A stretch of DNA of 63,836 nucleotides, the filler included, from Octopus bimaculoides (Eukaryota), in the NCBI RefSeq assembly GCF_001194135.2. It is 8 parts of 6 records of this genome, joined end to end, with 100 filler letters (N's around TTAATTAATTAA, not from the genome) between each part and the next. Parts side by side here need not be neighbours in the genome. Positions count along the whole stretch, not along the records: positions 61,996 to 63,836 come from NC_068989.1; 7 more parts are not named here. One strand, 5' to 3'. Made by a program: the position numbers and the translations under genes. This document shows positions 62,700 through 63,836 of this stretch, piece after piece. Under the pieces are notes generated by a model. That model did not search any database, was not told the DNA's origin, and saw only the letters and a list, made by a program, of their open reading frames with translations. Within the stretch, counting starts at the first letter, position 1. Every line of letters starts with the position of its first letter.

Positions 62700-63230
62700 A
62701 TACAGCAACCTGTCAACAATCACTTCCACACCAAAGTTAAAACAAGCCATTTACATACTTGAAAAGATCTGAACATTATTTCCTAAATTTCCACACAAGC
62801 CACCTACAGCATCAAATAAACTTAATCCAACAACGCTATAAGAACCCCAGATCATTGAGTTTGCTAATCTATAGAATCACTGTTGCTCTTCGATTTCAAG
62901 AACTTCTTTGTGAAGCTGTTTATAGACCGCCCGGAAGTATCTGGATCTGAAATGCATTTAATTAAATATCTTGATTTAGCTATGATTACAAAAGCCTTCT
63001 ACCTCCAATACTGGACCAACTAGAAATCAGCATTTATTGTTCACCTTCTCTCCTTATTGTGACTGATTGCACAACATTTACATCAGATTATAAGCATATA
63101 AACAAAGAGAAAACATTTAAATATAGTTCTAACATCATCTGCCTACAACTATCACGACTGTAATACATCTTGACAATGAGGATACTAACTCTGAGTTGGT
63201 GGGACTGAATAATCTGCTGTATAAGCTCAA
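62700..63230 (-). mobile_element. Very old CR1-like LINE RT remnant
   Basis: L*ADDVRTIF (YADD-like) and downstream DLFKYVNG on the minus strand; many stops. Confidence 0.35.
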
Positions 63231-63240
63231 GCAAGCAAAT

Positions 63241-63452
63241 AGTAAGTTTAGCGTGTGATTTAGTTTGACAATACACTTGGAAGACGCAAAAGAAGGTGGC
63301 CAGATCATTTAGGGTTTAAGACTCGCTTATTGGCAGGAACATCGTTATTTTCAGCCATAAACACTATGAGGTTATCTGCTTTTGCGTCTTCCAAGGGTTT
63401 TGTCAAACGAAATTGTGGCCGCTAAAGCATACTTGCAGGTTCAAAGGGTTAA
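63241..63452. mobile_element. MITE with ~58-bp inverted repeats and a piggyBac-like right end
   Basis: ttggaagacgcaaaag / cttttgcgtcttccaa perfect 16-mer; right end caaagggTTAA. Confidence 0.65.
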
Positions 63453-63836
63453 TGAACCCCTTAAATTAATCGAGAAGTCTCGTGCTGAGAAAGGGATCCT
63501 GAGAATGTATTTAGCGTACATCTGTTACAAACTTGACTATGGATACATAGATCACAAATAAAGTTATTAAAAAATCAGATGTCAAACCTTAGTTTAATGC
63601 CAACAGCATACCAATGAACAGCAAATAATATGATTGAGAATAACAGTTTTTCCAAGCATGGTAGATAAAATGGCAAATAAAGGAAAAGAGATCTATCAGA
63701 AAATTGAACTGTAAATTCGTCTCTTTCTTCATATAAAACACAAAGAAACACACAGAAAACAGCTTAGGTGGCTACAAAGTAATTTTAGCAAATTAATTAT
63801 CAAAATATCAGTTTCAAATCAATCTGTAAGATATAT

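Overview
This is repeat-saturated, heavily gapped, AT-rich animal DNA. The SINE and microsatellite repertoire looks like an octopus genome (inference). Seven identical artificial 100-bp spacers (44N-TTAATTAATTAA-44N) split the window into 8 pieces that may not be contiguous. I found one convincing host-gene feature: a 120-bp phase-0/0 exon of exostosin-1 (EXT1) on the minus strand at 42898-43017. The rest is decayed Penelope-like elements (RT and GIY-YIG remnants), tRNA/CORE-type SINEs, a Tigger/pogo transposase fossil, hAT, mariner and piggyBac-like MITEs, LINE fragments, and mini- and microsatellites. Almost all ORFs in the track are repeat or N-gap artefacts. The most interesting signal is a set of about a dozen minimal type-I hammerhead-ribozyme (HHR)-like motifs from several sequence families. 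Five times they occur as divergent, head-to-head pairs (<-HHR...HHR->), with central spacers from a 2-nt loop up to about 1.5 kb. Three of these pairs are short MITE-looking palindromes. The motif at 4189-4269 matches the HHR core consensus fully. All folding was done by eye and no activity has been tested.
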